From the NCBI GenBank assembly GCA_963767925.1, contig CAVYGB010000006.1, forward strand, positions 288,001 to 352,000: a stretch of DNA of 64,000 nt. The letters run 5' to 3'. The notes beneath the pieces were generated by a model. That model did no database searches and was not told the origin of the DNA. It saw nothing but the letters and a program-made list of their open reading frames with translations. The position numbers were made by a program, and so were the translations under genes. The DNA comes from an uncultured delta proteobacterium (lineage in GTDB: Bacteria; Myxococcota_A; Polyangia; Fen-1088). This document shows positions 39,779 to 49,187 of this stretch, in pieces (the stretch's first letter is position 1; the number at the start of each line of letters is the position of its first letter).

Positions 39779-41048
39779 GTGACTGGCATCCCCACCAACC
39801 GCTCTATCCAGCCCGGCGCCGTTGGCCGGAAGACCCGGGTCCTGCTCGGGACGGCGGTCGCGCTGGCCTGCGCCTGCCGCTCGGAGCCGCCGGCGCCTCC
39901 GCCCGAGCGCCCGCCTCCCGCCACGACGACCTCGCCGGACACCGGGGTGGCCGGCAATCCACCGGCGGCCGTTGCGCCCGGGCGGGCGGCGAGCCCGGCC
40001 GGCGCACCCGAGCCGAAGATCCCGCCCAGGAAGGCACCGGGCGGAGCGAGTGCGCCCCGGGCCAGCGCGCCCGATGCGCGGGCGCCCGGTGGCAAGCCCG
40101 AGAGCCGGGCCGCGGCCGGCAAATCACCGCCAGGAAAGAGCCCCGCCGCGGCAGCGGCCGCCGGCAAGGGCGAGGGCCCGGACGCCGGGGCGCGAGCCGC
40201 CGCGGCGGGAGCGGAATCCGGTGCCGACGAGGGCCCCGCTCGCCAGGCAACGGTCATCCCCGACGAGCTGCTGGCCGAGACCGCTCAGCCCAGACGCCTC
40301 CCCGGTGGCGCGGACGCCGGTGTCCGGACCCGCGAGGTCGGGCTCGGGCGGACCGTCGCCCTCGGCCGAGGACCTGCCGGCCGCCCGGCCAGCCCGCAGC
40401 GGGAGCGTGGCGGACCCCGAGCCGACCGAGCGCGGGGGCCTGCCCATCCCGGGCGCCGATATCACCTTCCAGTCGTCGCGGGTACGGCGGTTCCTCGATT
40501 CAGGTGGCGCCAGCCTGGACGGGAAGGTGCTCGATGCCGATAGTGGTAAGGCCGTGGCGGGAGCGGACATCGAAGCCTGGATGGGCACCAAGTCGGTCGA
40601 GGCCGAGACCGACGAGCTCGGGCGCTTCCGGTTCGAGGGCCTGGTCCCCGGCTCGCAGCTCCGCCTCTGGATCACCTCCGCCCCCACCTACGTGCAGGAA
40701 CGAACCGAGGTGGCGGTGCCCGGGCAGGCCAGCGGGTTTACCGGGACCTTCCGGCTGCTGAGCAAGGCGGTGCAGCCCGGCCCGGTCGACGGCGGCGCGG
40801 GACTGTTCCTCACCCGGCGTGGCTCGCGCACCATCGTCACCGGCCTGGCCGCGTTCGGCCCCGCCGAACGGGCGGGGATCCTGGTCGGCGATGCCGTCGT
40901 CGGCGTGGGCCGGCGCAAGGTCGGCGATCTGGGGCCGGGCGCGATCGACTACCTGCTCCGCGGCGCCATCGGCAGCGAGCTCACGCTGTCGGTGCAGACC
41001 GGATCGGCGCCGGCCCGCCAGGTCGTGGTAAGGAGGTCGGCCCGATGA
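39779..41048 (+). CDS. Lipoprotein with Pro/Ala linker, carboxypeptidase-regulatory-like domain and PDZ; frameshift at about 40292
   Basis: ALACAC lipobox in frame 39779. The C-terminal frame has GKVLDADSGKAVAGADI..TDELGRFRFEGL and GPAERAGILVGD..LRGAIGS (PDZ). Confidence 0.7.
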
Positions 41049-41605
41049 AGCGCACCCTGGTCCTCGGCTCGGCGATCTTTCCTTCGGCGCTGGCGCTCGC
41101 CCTGCTCGCCGCCGGTTGCTCGACCTCGCGGCCCGCGCCTCCTGCCGCCACGCCGGTCGAGCCGGCGCGGATGATCGCCCCGCCCGCCCCGGCGACGCCG
41201 CCGCCCGAGAGCGCGGTGCCGCCCGCGACGCCCGAGGCACCGCCCACGCCGCCGGTGCCCCCCACCCCGCCCGTGCCCCCGTCGCCGCCCGCGCCCGACA
41301 AACCTCCGGCGGCGGCCCGCGGGCAAACCAAGCCCTGCGCGACCACGCAGCAGTGTGGACCGGGGCAGCTCTGCACCGTGGAGACGGGAGACTGCAACCG
41401 ACCGCCGGGCTGCGGGCCCAACGACATCTGTCCCATGATGTGCTGGGGCCACTGCGCCAGGCGGGCCGGGGCGCGGGCCGCCGTCGTCTGCGGCAAGAAG
41501 ACCTGCCCGACGGGTCAGGTCTGCTGCAACCCGAGCTGCGGAATCTGCACGCCGCCGGGTGGCTTTTGCACCAAGCAGCTCTGCGACGACGGCGCTGCGC
41601 CGTAA
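41045..41605 (+). CDS. Pro-rich, Cys-rich lipoprotein
   Basis: Lipobox LAAGC; proline linker; two small Cys modules, including CGKKTCPTGQVCCNPSCGICTPPGGFCTKQLC. Confidence 0.75.
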   Translation: MKRTLVLGSAIFPSALALALLAAGCSTSRPAPPAATPVEPARMIAPPAPATPPPESAVPPATPEAPPTPPVPPTPPVPPSPPAPDKPPAAARGQTKPCATTQQCGPGQLCTVETGDCNRPPGCGPNDICPMMCWGHCARRAGARAAVVCGKKTCPTGQVCCNPSCGICTPPGGFCTKQLCDDGAAP

Positions 41606-41742
41606 AGCCGCCGCGCGGCCGGCCTTGATTGGCCGAAGCGGCCTTTCAAGATCAGGTCCGCCATGGGGGTCCTTGTGGGTGCCGCCGCTCTTTCGGCGAA
41701 AGGGTGGTCAACGTTTCCACACGGTCAGGCGGTAATCAACTC

Positions 41743-42759
41743 GTGTCTTTGACGAGGCGCGGCCTGCTGTCCTTGTCGCGGCCGCAGGCGGCCGCGACAG
41801 GCGGAGGGTACTGGCTGCACATCTCCCGGCGGGCGATGGCGTGCAAGTTCGAGGTCACCTTGCCCTCCGAGCTGGCCGAGAAGATGGACGAGGCCACCGC
41901 CGCGCTCGACACGGTCGACGAGATCGAGGACGAGCTGACCATCTTCCGCAGCTCGAGCGCGCTCGCCCGCATCAACCGCGACGCCGCCGATCAGCCGGTC
42001 GCCGTCGGCGAGGACCTGTTCGCCCTGCTGGCGCTCTGCCAGCGGCTGCACCGGGCGACCGCCGGCGCCTTCGACATCACCTCGACCCCCCTGTCCCGGG
42101 CCTGGGGCTTTCTCAAGCGCGAGGGCCGCCGCCCCACCGACGCCGAGCTGGCGGACGCGCGGGCCCGGGTGGGCATGCAACACGTGGCCCTCGATCCGGC
42201 GGCGCGTACGGTCCGCTTTCTCCGACCGGGCATGGCCCTCAACCTCGGCGCCATCGGAAAGGGCTATGCCCTCGACCGGGTGGGCGCGCAGCTTCTGCGC
42301 GCCGGCGTGTTCACCGCGCTCCTAACCGCGGGGGCCAGCAGCATCAAGTCGCTCGGCACTGGCCCCGACGAGACCGGGTTCAAGGTCGGTATCCGCGACC
42401 CGGCCGCGCACAAACGCCGGTTCGGCAGCTTGCTGCTCGCCGACCAGGCGCTGGGAGTCAGCGGCGCCGGAGAGCAGTTCTTCGAGGTGGACGGCAAGCG
42501 CTATGGCCACATCATCGATCCGCGCACCGGCTGGCCGGTCGAAGGCCGCGCCCTGGTGGCGGTGACGGCTCCGAGCGCCGCCCTGGCCGACGCGCTCGCC
42601 ACCGCGTTTTTCGTCGGCGGACGCGACGTGGCAGAGGCTTACATTCGTGAAAATTCTGATGTGAGTGCCGCCCTCATAGATACGTCACTTATGAATGGAA
42701 ATCGGCGTGCAATCGTTCTCGGTGAGGCTTTAGAGTGGAATCTCCCAAATGCTGCGTAA
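41743..42759 (+). CDS. apbE: FAD:protein FMN transferase (ApbE)
   Basis: AMACKF, SALARIN, GAFDIT, NLGAIGKGYALD, VGIRDP, GHIIDPRTG and ADALATA motifs. Confidence 0.92.
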   Translation: MSLTRRGLLSLSRPQAAATGGGYWLHISRRAMACKFEVTLPSELAEKMDEATAALDTVDEIEDELTIFRSSSALARINRDAADQPVAVGEDLFALLALCQRLHRATAGAFDITSTPLSRAWGFLKREGRRPTDAELADARARVGMQHVALDPAARTVRFLRPGMALNLGAIGKGYALDRVGAQLLRAGVFTALLTAGASSIKSLGTGPDETGFKVGIRDPAAHKRRFGSLLLADQALGVSGAGEQFFEVDGKRYGHIIDPRTGWPVEGRALVAVTAPSAALADALATAFFVGGRDVAEAYIRENSDVSAALIDTSLMNGNRRAIVLGEALEWNLPNAA

Positions 42760-43294
42760 TCCCATGACCGCATTGACCGCACTCCAGCAGACGACCCTGG
42801 TGCTGCTTCGCACCGTCATCGGCTGGCACTTCCTTTACGAGGGTTACTTCAAGTTCCGGCTCCCGGCCTGGACGCCCGACGGCCAGCCGCTCGCGGCCTG
42901 GACCTCGAACGGCTTCATCCGCGCCGCCACCGGACCGCTGGGCGGGCTGGCCCGCGCGACCGCCGAAGCGGGGCTGTTACCCTGGATCGATCGCGCGATC
43001 GTGTTCGGTCTGCTCGCGGTCGGCATCTCGCTGATCCTCGGTTTTCTCACCCGGGCGGGGTGTATCGGCGGGCTGCTCCTGCTGGCGATGTTTTACCTGA
43101 CCGCCATTCCCACCGCGGGTCTGCCCCAGACCGGCGCCGAGGGGACGTACCTGATCGTGAACAAGACGCTCATCGAGGGCCTGGCCGTGCTCGCGTTGCT
43201 CGCGTTCGACACCGGTCGCATCGCTGGACTGGACCGGTTCTGGGCAGAGCGCAGCTCCCGGCTCTATCCCTCCCCTTCTCTGCAGCGGCCCTGA
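42749..43294 (+). CDS. DoxX/DoxD family membrane protein
   Basis: [32 protein letters not shown] and GLDR motifs; 4 TM segments; start may be 42764. Confidence 0.85.
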   Translation: MLRNPMTALTALQQTTLVLLRTVIGWHFLYEGYFKFRLPAWTPDGQPLAAWTSNGFIRAATGPLGGLARATAEAGLLPWIDRAIVFGLLAVGISLILGFLTRAGCIGGLLLLAMFYLTAIPTAGLPQTGAEGTYLIVNKTLIEGLAVLALLAFDTGRIAGLDRFWAERSSRLYPSPSLQRP

Positions 43295-43310
43295 CATAAA
43301 GGAATCGACC

Positions 43311-44603
43311 ATGAACCTCACGGATGAGCAGAAAGAGATCGGTCGCCGCAACTTCCTGAAGGCGCTGGCCGGTACGCCGGCGCTGGCGGCGCTGGCCGGT
43401 GCGGCCGCGGTGAAGGGCCCCAAGAAGGGTGGCCCCGTAAAGGCGGCGCTGGTGGGCGCGGGCCGCGAGGGCCGGGTGCTCCTGGGGCAATGCCAGAAGC
43501 AATGGATCGACATCCGGGCGGTGGTCGACATCAACCCGCTGCACGCCCGCGCCTCCGCCGAGGGCCTCGAGAAGAGCGGCCTGACTCGCCCCCGCGAGTA
43601 CCAGGACCTCAAGGCCATGCTCGAGAAGGAGGACATCGAGGCGGTGCTCGTCGCGACGCCCCTCTGGGCCCACGCCGACACGACGGTCGCCTGCCTCGAG
43701 GCCGGCAAACACGTGCTGTGCGAGAAGATGATGGCCTGGGACGTGGAAGGCTGTCACCGCATGAGCGAGGCGGCCCGCAAGAACAACCGCCTGCTCGAGA
43801 TCGGGTACCAGCGCCTCTACAACCCGACTTACCACGCGGCCTACGACGGCCTGCTCAAGAAGGGCCTGCTCGGGGACGTCTATTACATCCGCAACGTCTG
43901 GCACCGGAACGAGTCCTGGCGGCGCGAGGAGAAGCCACCTTCGCCGGACTTCGATCCCAAGAAGTGGGGCTACGAGAACTTCGAGCACCTGGTCAACTGG
44001 CGCCTCTACCCCAAATATTCGCGCGGCCTGCTGGCCGAGCTGGGCAGCCACCAGGCCGCCATCGCCAACTGGTTCTACGGCGGGGCGCCCGACGCGGTCT
44101 ACGCCTCCGGCGGCATCCACCGCTTCAAGGACGGGCGCGAGATGAACGACCACATCTACGCGACCTTCGAATATAGCGGCGGCCGCACGATGACCTTCAC
44201 CTCGATCCAGTCGAACGCCTTCGACGACTACTACGAGCAGATCCTGGGGACCAAGGGCACCCTCATCCTCAAGCGGGAGACCGAGGCTTACTTCTTCCCC
44301 GAGGGAGATCCCAAGGCCACCACCGTGGCGGTCACCTCGCGCAGCGGAAACGCCATCGTCGACGCCTCCGAGAGCCGGACCGCCGACGTCGCCGGTCGCA
44401 CCGTGGCCGCCGAGGCCCAGGGCGAGCGCTTCCCCCGCCTGCTGTCGTACCGCAACGAGATCAACGGCTTCGTCTCCGCCATCCGCAGCGGCACCCCCCT
44501 CAACTGCGGCCCGGAAAAGGCAACCGCCAGCGCCACCGCCTGCATCCGCGCCTACGAGTCCTGCGACCAGAAGACCCGCCTCACCCTCGCCCGCCCGACG
44601 TAG
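43311..44603 (+). CDS. Gfo/Idh/MocA oxidoreductase with Tat signal
   Basis: AAGGA RBS; GRRNFLK signal; [32 protein letters not shown] and ELGSHQ motifs. Confidence 0.92.
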   Translation: MNLTDEQKEIGRRNFLKALAGTPALAALAGAAAVKGPKKGGPVKAALVGAGREGRVLLGQCQKQWIDIRAVVDINPLHARASAEGLEKSGLTRPREYQDLKAMLEKEDIEAVLVATPLWAHADTTVACLEAGKHVLCEKMMAWDVEGCHRMSEAARKNNRLLEIGYQRLYNPTYHAAYDGLLKKGLLGDVYYIRNVWHRNESWRREEKPPSPDFDPKKWGYENFEHLVNWRLYPKYSRGLLAELGSHQAAIANWFYGGAPDAVYASGGIHRFKDGREMNDHIYATFEYSGGRTMTFTSIQSNAFDDYYEQILGTKGTLILKRETEAYFFPEGDPKATTVAVTSRSGNAIVDASESRTADVAGRTVAAEAQGERFPRLLSYRNEINGFVSAIRSGTPLNCGPEKATASATACIRAYESCDQKTRLTLARPT

Positions 44604-44987
44604 TACCCGGGACCCTCAAAGGGTCCCGATCCCCCCGCGAAGCTTCGCGCCGAGCAAGCTCGGCGGCTCCGCAGTTTCATTCTACCCGGGACCCTCAAAG
44701 GGTCCCATCCCCCCGCGAAGCTTCGCGCCGAGCAAGCTCGGCGGCTCCGCAGTTTCATTCTACCCGGGACCCTCAAAGGGTCCCGATCCCCCCGCGAAGC
44801 TTCGCGCCGAGCAAGCTCGGCGGCTCCGCAGTTTCATTCTACCCGGGACCCTCAAAGGGTCCCGATCCCCCGCGAAGCTTCGCGCCGAGCAAGCTCGGCG
44901 GCTCCGCAGTTTCATTCTACCCGGGACCCTCAAAGGGTCCCGATCCCCCCGCGAAGCTTCGCGCCGAGCAAGCTCGGCGGCTCCGCA
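44604..44987. repeat. Tandem array of about 4.9 copies of a 79-bp triple-hairpin unit
   Basis: Units start at 44604, 44683, 44761, 44840 and 44918. Unit: TACCCGGGACCCTCAAAGGGTCCCGATCCCCCCGCGAAGCTTCGCGCCGAGCAAGCTCGGCGGCTCCGCAGTTTCATTC. Copies differ only by 1-nt deletions. Confidence 0.97.
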
Positions 44988-45026
44988 CGCGAATATTCGG
45001 GACCCGGTCGGGGCTCATCGCTGGTT

Positions 45027-45075
45027 GTTCGCCCTCGCCCCGCGGCAGCGGGGGGGGAGAGGGAGGGGTGAGGGG
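45027..45075 (+). repeat. BoxC/REP-like hairpin repeat, copy 4
   Basis: GTTCGCCCTCGCCCCGCGGCAGCGGGGGGGGAGAGGGAGGGGTGAGGGG. Confidence 0.82.
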
Positions 45076-45232
45076 CTCCGGGGCCGACATCGGTGAGGGG
45101 CGAGGGGGCTGGAGTTTTCGGGCCTACCTGGGGTGGAGCGATGCTCCGGGCGGTTGGCGGCTCTGCACGATCGGGGCTCAAGGTGAAGAGGGATTCCGCA
45201 GATGGGATAGGTGCCTATCGGCGGAATTCCTA

Positions 45233-47380
45233 GTGAGCCAACCTAGACGAACCACCAAATCGGTCGGGGCTATGGCCCTGGCTTTCACCCTTTTCGGTCA
45301 GTCCCTCCGCGCGCAAGCTGGCGGGGACATAGAGGAGGTCGACCTCGCGGCGCTGCTGAGCACGCCCGAAGAGGTCTGGACCGCCACCAAGACCGAGCAG
45401 AAGAACTACGAGGCGCCCGCCATCATCACCACGGTGACGCGGGAGCAGATCGGGGTGTGGGGCTATCGCTCCATCTCGGAGGTGCTCAGCCACTTGCTCG
45501 GGTTCTACGTGGTGGATGACCACACCTCCCCCAACCTGGCGGTGCGGGGCATCTCGGGCGGTCTGTACGCCGACAGCAGCATCGTCAAGGTCCTCATCGA
45601 CGGACAGTCGGTCGCGTTTCACTCCACCGGCGGCAACTGGCTGGGGCCGGAGCTGATCCCCCTCTCCGCGGTCGAGCGCATCGAGGTCGTGCGCGGTCCC
45701 GCCTCGGCGCTGTTCGGCGCCGACGCCTTCCTGGGGGTCATCAACATCAAGACCCGCAGCGGCAAGAGCCTGACCGGCGCCACCGCCTGGCTGGCGGGCG
45801 GACGGGCGGGCACCAAGCTCGCCACCGACATCGACGTCTCGGCCGGCTTCGAGAAGGGCGACTTCGACGTCGTGGTGGCCGTGCGGCAGAGCAACCAGGA
45901 TCTCTCCGGCCTCACCATCCCCGACAGCTCCCCGGCCCCCTCGGTCCCCAACAACGGCGGCGAGGAGCCGCTGACCGCCGAGGGCCTGGACCAGGCCTCC
46001 AGCTCGGCCCTCGCCCGCGTCACCTACCGGCCGCGCACCGGCACCGAGCTGGGCGTGTTCGGTTACTACTCGTCGATGCGCCGGGGCGAGGAGTTTGGCT
46101 CGCTCTTCCAGCTCGTCAACAACCGGGTGTCGCTGTCGCAGATGCGGGCCGGCCTGTTCCTCGAGCAGACCCTCACCCCCACCCTGCGCCTGTCGTTCAA
46201 GGGCTCGGTCTTCCGGGGCGGGCCCGGGGACGACAACCGCCTGGAGGTCGGCAGCGAGTTCTATTACGTGCGCCGCCAGTTCGGCTTCCGGGGCGGCGAC
46301 GTGGACGGCCAGGTGGAGTGGACGCCCGGCTGGGCCAAGGACGGCTCGGTCCGGCTGGTGGCGGGCGCCAGCGCCTTCCTCGACGACGAGCAGCTCCCCT
46401 CGCGGGTGGGCATCTCCAAGCAGGCCACCGACCTGGTCCAGCCCGGCGACGTCATCGCGCCAATCTCGATCTACCAGGGGCGCAAGAGCTTCCTCAACTC
46501 GGGCGTGTACCTGCAGGGCATGTGGACGGCCATCGAGAACTGGCTCAGCCTCACCGGCGGTCTGCGCTACGACCGGCATAACGTCTACGGTGGCCAGATC
46601 AGCGAGCGCGTCGGCCTGGTCTCGAACCCGCTGTCCAACTTGCACGCCAAGCTGCTCTACGGCAGCGCCTTCAAGTCTCCCTCGCCGCTGCTGCTGTACG
46701 CCATCCCCTCGGCCATCGGGGACGTGGTGGGCAACCCCCAGCTCAAGCCCCAGTTCGTGCGCACGGTGGAGTTCCAGCTCGCCTGGGAGCCGACCGACTA
46801 CATCAGCCTGTCGGGGAACACCGCCTACAACGTCCTGTCCGACAAGACCGAGTTCGTGCAGCAGGGGATCAACAAGGTCGCGCGCAACGTGGCCCGGGCG
46901 GCGACGCTGACCTGGGAGCTCATGGGGGAGTACAAGTACCAGTCGGTGTTCCGGGCGCACCTCAGCTTCGAGACGCAGCGGACGGTGCGGCGGACGGGGC
47001 AAGACGGCTACTCGGCGGAGGTCGTGGGGGACGCGGGGGGGATCTATCCCAACATGATGCTGCACGGGGGGCTGGCGGCGCAGCCGACGAGCTTGCCGTT
47101 GCGGGCGACCGTGCAGGCTTCCTGGATCGGGGAGCGGCGGCCGAGCGATACCAACATCCTGCTCAACGGGGGGCCTTATGTGTTGCCCTCTTATTTGCTG
47201 CTCGAGGCGGGGCTGGCGACGACGCGGTTCGATCTGTTCGGGCTGGACCGGCACGAGGTCTCGTTTGCTTTGACGGGGAAGAACCTCCTCGGTGCGGGAG
47301 GGCCGGCGCCCGGCTTCTCCGGCGTCGACTACCCGCTCACGCCGCGCACCTTCTTCCTGCAGGCCAACCTCGCCCTCTGA
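45233..47380 (+). CDS. TonB-dependent receptor (YfiR-associated type)
   Basis: Signal peptide; DIEEVDLAALL..TATKTEQ..EAPAIITTVTREQI; plug motifs VKVLIDG and VERIEVVRGPASALFGADA..GVINI; GLRYD, GNPQLKP, GKNLL; C-terminal PRTFFLQANLAL. Start is 45233 (GTG) or 45272 (ATG). Confidence 0.92.
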   Translation: MSQPRRTTKSVGAMALAFTLFGQSLRAQAGGDIEEVDLAALLSTPEEVWTATKTEQKNYEAPAIITTVTREQIGVWGYRSISEVLSHLLGFYVVDDHTSPNLAVRGISGGLYADSSIVKVLIDGQSVAFHSTGGNWLGPELIPLSAVERIEVVRGPASALFGADAFLGVINIKTRSGKSLTGATAWLAGGRAGTKLATDIDVSAGFEKGDFDVVVAVRQSNQDLSGLTIPDSSPAPSVPNNGGEEPLTAEGLDQASSSALARVTYRPRTGTELGVFGYYSSMRRGEEFGSLFQLVNNRVSLSQMRAGLFLEQTLTPTLRLSFKGSVFRGGPGDDNRLEVGSEFYYVRRQFGFRGGDVDGQVEWTPGWAKDGSVRLVAGASAFLDDEQLPSRVGISKQATDLVQPGDVIAPISIYQGRKSFLNSGVYLQGMWTAIENWLSLTGGLRYDRHNVYGGQISERVGLVSNPLSNLHAKLLYGSAFKSPSPLLLYAIPSAIGDVVGNPQLKPQFVRTVEFQLAWEPTDYISLSGNTAYNVLSDKTEFVQQGINKVARNVARAATLTWELMGEYKYQSVFRAHLSFETQRTVRRTGQDGYSAEVVGDAGGIYPNMMLHGGLAAQPTSLPLRATVQASWIGERRPSDTNILLNGGPYVLPSYLLLEAGLATTRFDLFGLDRHEVSFALTGKNLLGAGGPAPGFSGVDYPLTPRTFFLQANLAL

Positions 47381-47603
47381 GACGCTTCGCGGCTGCAGCG
47401 GCGCCCTCGTTCGTTTGACGAGGCTGTTGTCGGCGGGGGCCGCTGCGCTTCGAGGGAGGCTTGCCTGAGGCTGTCCGTGCGGCGGCGGGCCGCTGCGCTT
47501 CGTCCGGCTCGAGCGAGCGACGGAGTAGGCGCCTGCCGGCCATGGCGATGCTCACTCGGCTCGCCGGCATGCACCGCCACCAACCCTGATGACTGCCGCG
47601 GCT

Positions 47604-47782
47604 GTCGTGGTCGTGCTCGTGTGCGAGCGCCTGTTCGAGTTCGTGTCCGTGTGTGGTGAGCGTGTTCGGCCCGCGGGCCTCGGCTCGCGTGATTTACGCG
47701 CACCGAGAGCCGCCTGGCCGCTCAACGCTCGCCCCACACGAACTCGAACACGAACACGCGCTCGAACACGCCCACGAGCACG
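47604..47782. repeat. Long imperfect inverted repeat built from CACGAR/YTCGTG hexamers
   Basis: TGTTCGAGTTCGTGT (47632) pairs with ACACGAACTCGAACA (47736); CGTGCTCGTG (47612) pairs with CACGAGCACG (47773); lies between convergent genes. Confidence 0.7.
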
Positions 47783-47941
47783 CGTCCCGGCCTCGAATAC
47801 TCGTTTCGCCCATCGGCGCAAATTCTCCACAGGTTTCAGCGGCTGGCTCTTAGCAGCCCGTGGCTGTTAGATCAGGGCCGGGGGGGGGCTCTGCCGGCGG
47901 TTCGGGGCAGGTGGAGTCGACCCTCTGGGGCGTCCCTGGGG

Positions 47942-49186
47942 TTACTGGCAGGTGTTGGTGTGGGGGAGGTCGACGAAGTTGGCGTCGGCGATGGTCCACC
48001 ATTTGGTGCTGGCGGTGAGGGTCTGGCCGGCGGCGTCGAACTGGAGCTGGCCGGTTAGGCCGAAGAACTCGATCTCGTAACCCTCGCGGAGGAGCTGCAA
48101 ACCCTTGCCGAGCTCGTTCCATTTGACCGAGAGGCCGCCGGCGCGGGTGATGGCGGCGATGTGCTGGGAGAGGCCGGTGCCGGTCGGGATGGCGTTGCCG
48201 CCGCGGGTGGCGCGCTGGATGGCCAGCACCGCGATGGCGCCGGCGTCGTAGAAGGGGTAGGCGTCGTCGAGGGGGGCGTCTTGCCAGCGGGCCAGGAACC
48301 GGGCCCGGAAGTCGCCGGCGCCGGCCACCGTGCCGGGGGCCACGCCCTTGGCGCCGTTCAGGATCCCCTTGGGGATCGAGTCGAGGAAGGCCGGGGTATG
48401 CAGCGTTGGCGACAGGTACCAGCGCCTGGGATCGTCGAGGGCGTCCGAGCCCGCGGCGAGGGCGTAGATCAACGACGAGGCGATCTCCGGGGGGGCCGCC
48501 AGCACGTAGGCCTCGCGGGTCGCGAGCAGGTTGGCCAGCGATTGCACCGATTCGACGCTCGCGGACTGGGTGCTCGCCAGGACGTTCTTGAACAGCTCGA
48601 AGCTGTTGTTGAGGGCAAAGCCGAGGGAGGCGTTGTAACCGCTGGTCCCGACGAGCTGGACCGACCGCCGGCGGTCGTGTCCATCGCGCTCGAGCTGGGT
48701 CACCAGCTCGCAGGCCACGCGGCGCATTCCGGCGCCCATGACGAACCAGGAGGGCGGCTTCCACTCCACGTCGGAGGCGGTGGCGAAGCTCGGCAAGATG
48801 ACGGTGCGGGCCTCGATCAGCGGCCGCACCTGGGTGACCAGGTCGGTGTAGTCGGGGCCGATGAGGACCGCCGATCCAGCGTCGATCAGCTCCTGCAGGG
48901 GGGCGGCCGCCTTGTTGGGATCGCTGCGGCTGTCGCGGGCCAGGACCTTGATCCGCCGGCCGTCGATGCCTCCCGCCGCGTTGGCGTTCTCGATCGCCAT
49001 CAGGAGGGCCCGCTCGGAGTTGATGCTGTTCGAGGACAGAAACCCCGTGTAAGAGAGCATCAGCCCGATCTTGATGGGATCGTCTTTGGGCGGCGCCTCA
49101 CAGTTGAGCGCGCCGCCCAAAAACACCAACCCAGCTACTGCGAGGCCGAACCCGCCAGGGCTCCGTTTCACAGTAGACGCTCGCAC
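47942..49186 (-). CDS. LIV-type (type I) substrate-binding lipoprotein, copy 2
   Basis: Lipobox ALNC; IKIGLMLSYTG, NAAGGIDGR, RDSRSDP and YDAG motifs; paralog of 50627-51835. Confidence 0.85.
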   Translation of the reverse strand: MRASTVKRSPGGFGLAVAGLVFLGGALNCEAPPKDDPIKIGLMLSYTGFLSSNSINSERALLMAIENANAAGGIDGRRIKVLARDSRSDPNKAAAPLQELIDAGSAVLIGPDYTDLVTQVRPLIEARTVILPSFATASDVEWKPPSWFVMGAGMRRVACELVTQLERDGHDRRRSVQLVGTSGYNASLGFALNNSFELFKNVLASTQSASVESVQSLANLLATREAYVLAAPPEIASSLIYALAAGSDALDDPRRWYLSPTLHTPAFLDSIPKGILNGAKGVAPGTVAGAGDFRARFLARWQDAPLDDAYPFYDAGAIAVLAIQRATRGGNAIPTGTGLSQHIAAITRAGGLSVKWNELGKGLQLLREGYEIEFFGLTGQLQFDAAGQTLTASTKWWTIADANFVDLPHTNTCQ

Positions 49187-49187
49187 G

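Noticed and set aside
44552..44776. 74-aa minus-strand ORF in the repeat array
   Set aside because: It is a translation of the non-triplet repeat and depends on a 1-nt deletion in one unit
44604..44987. CRISPR array
   Set aside because: Units are identical end to end with no unique spacers, and no cas genes are in the window
44990..45232. Cobalamin or other known riboswitch ahead of the TBDR
   Set aside because: No B12-box or other recognisable aptamer core was seen
47477..47870. Small ORFs with VRVRVR, TRTRTR or HEHEH tracts
   Set aside because: Translations of the hexamer inverted repeat, with no RBS or coding bias
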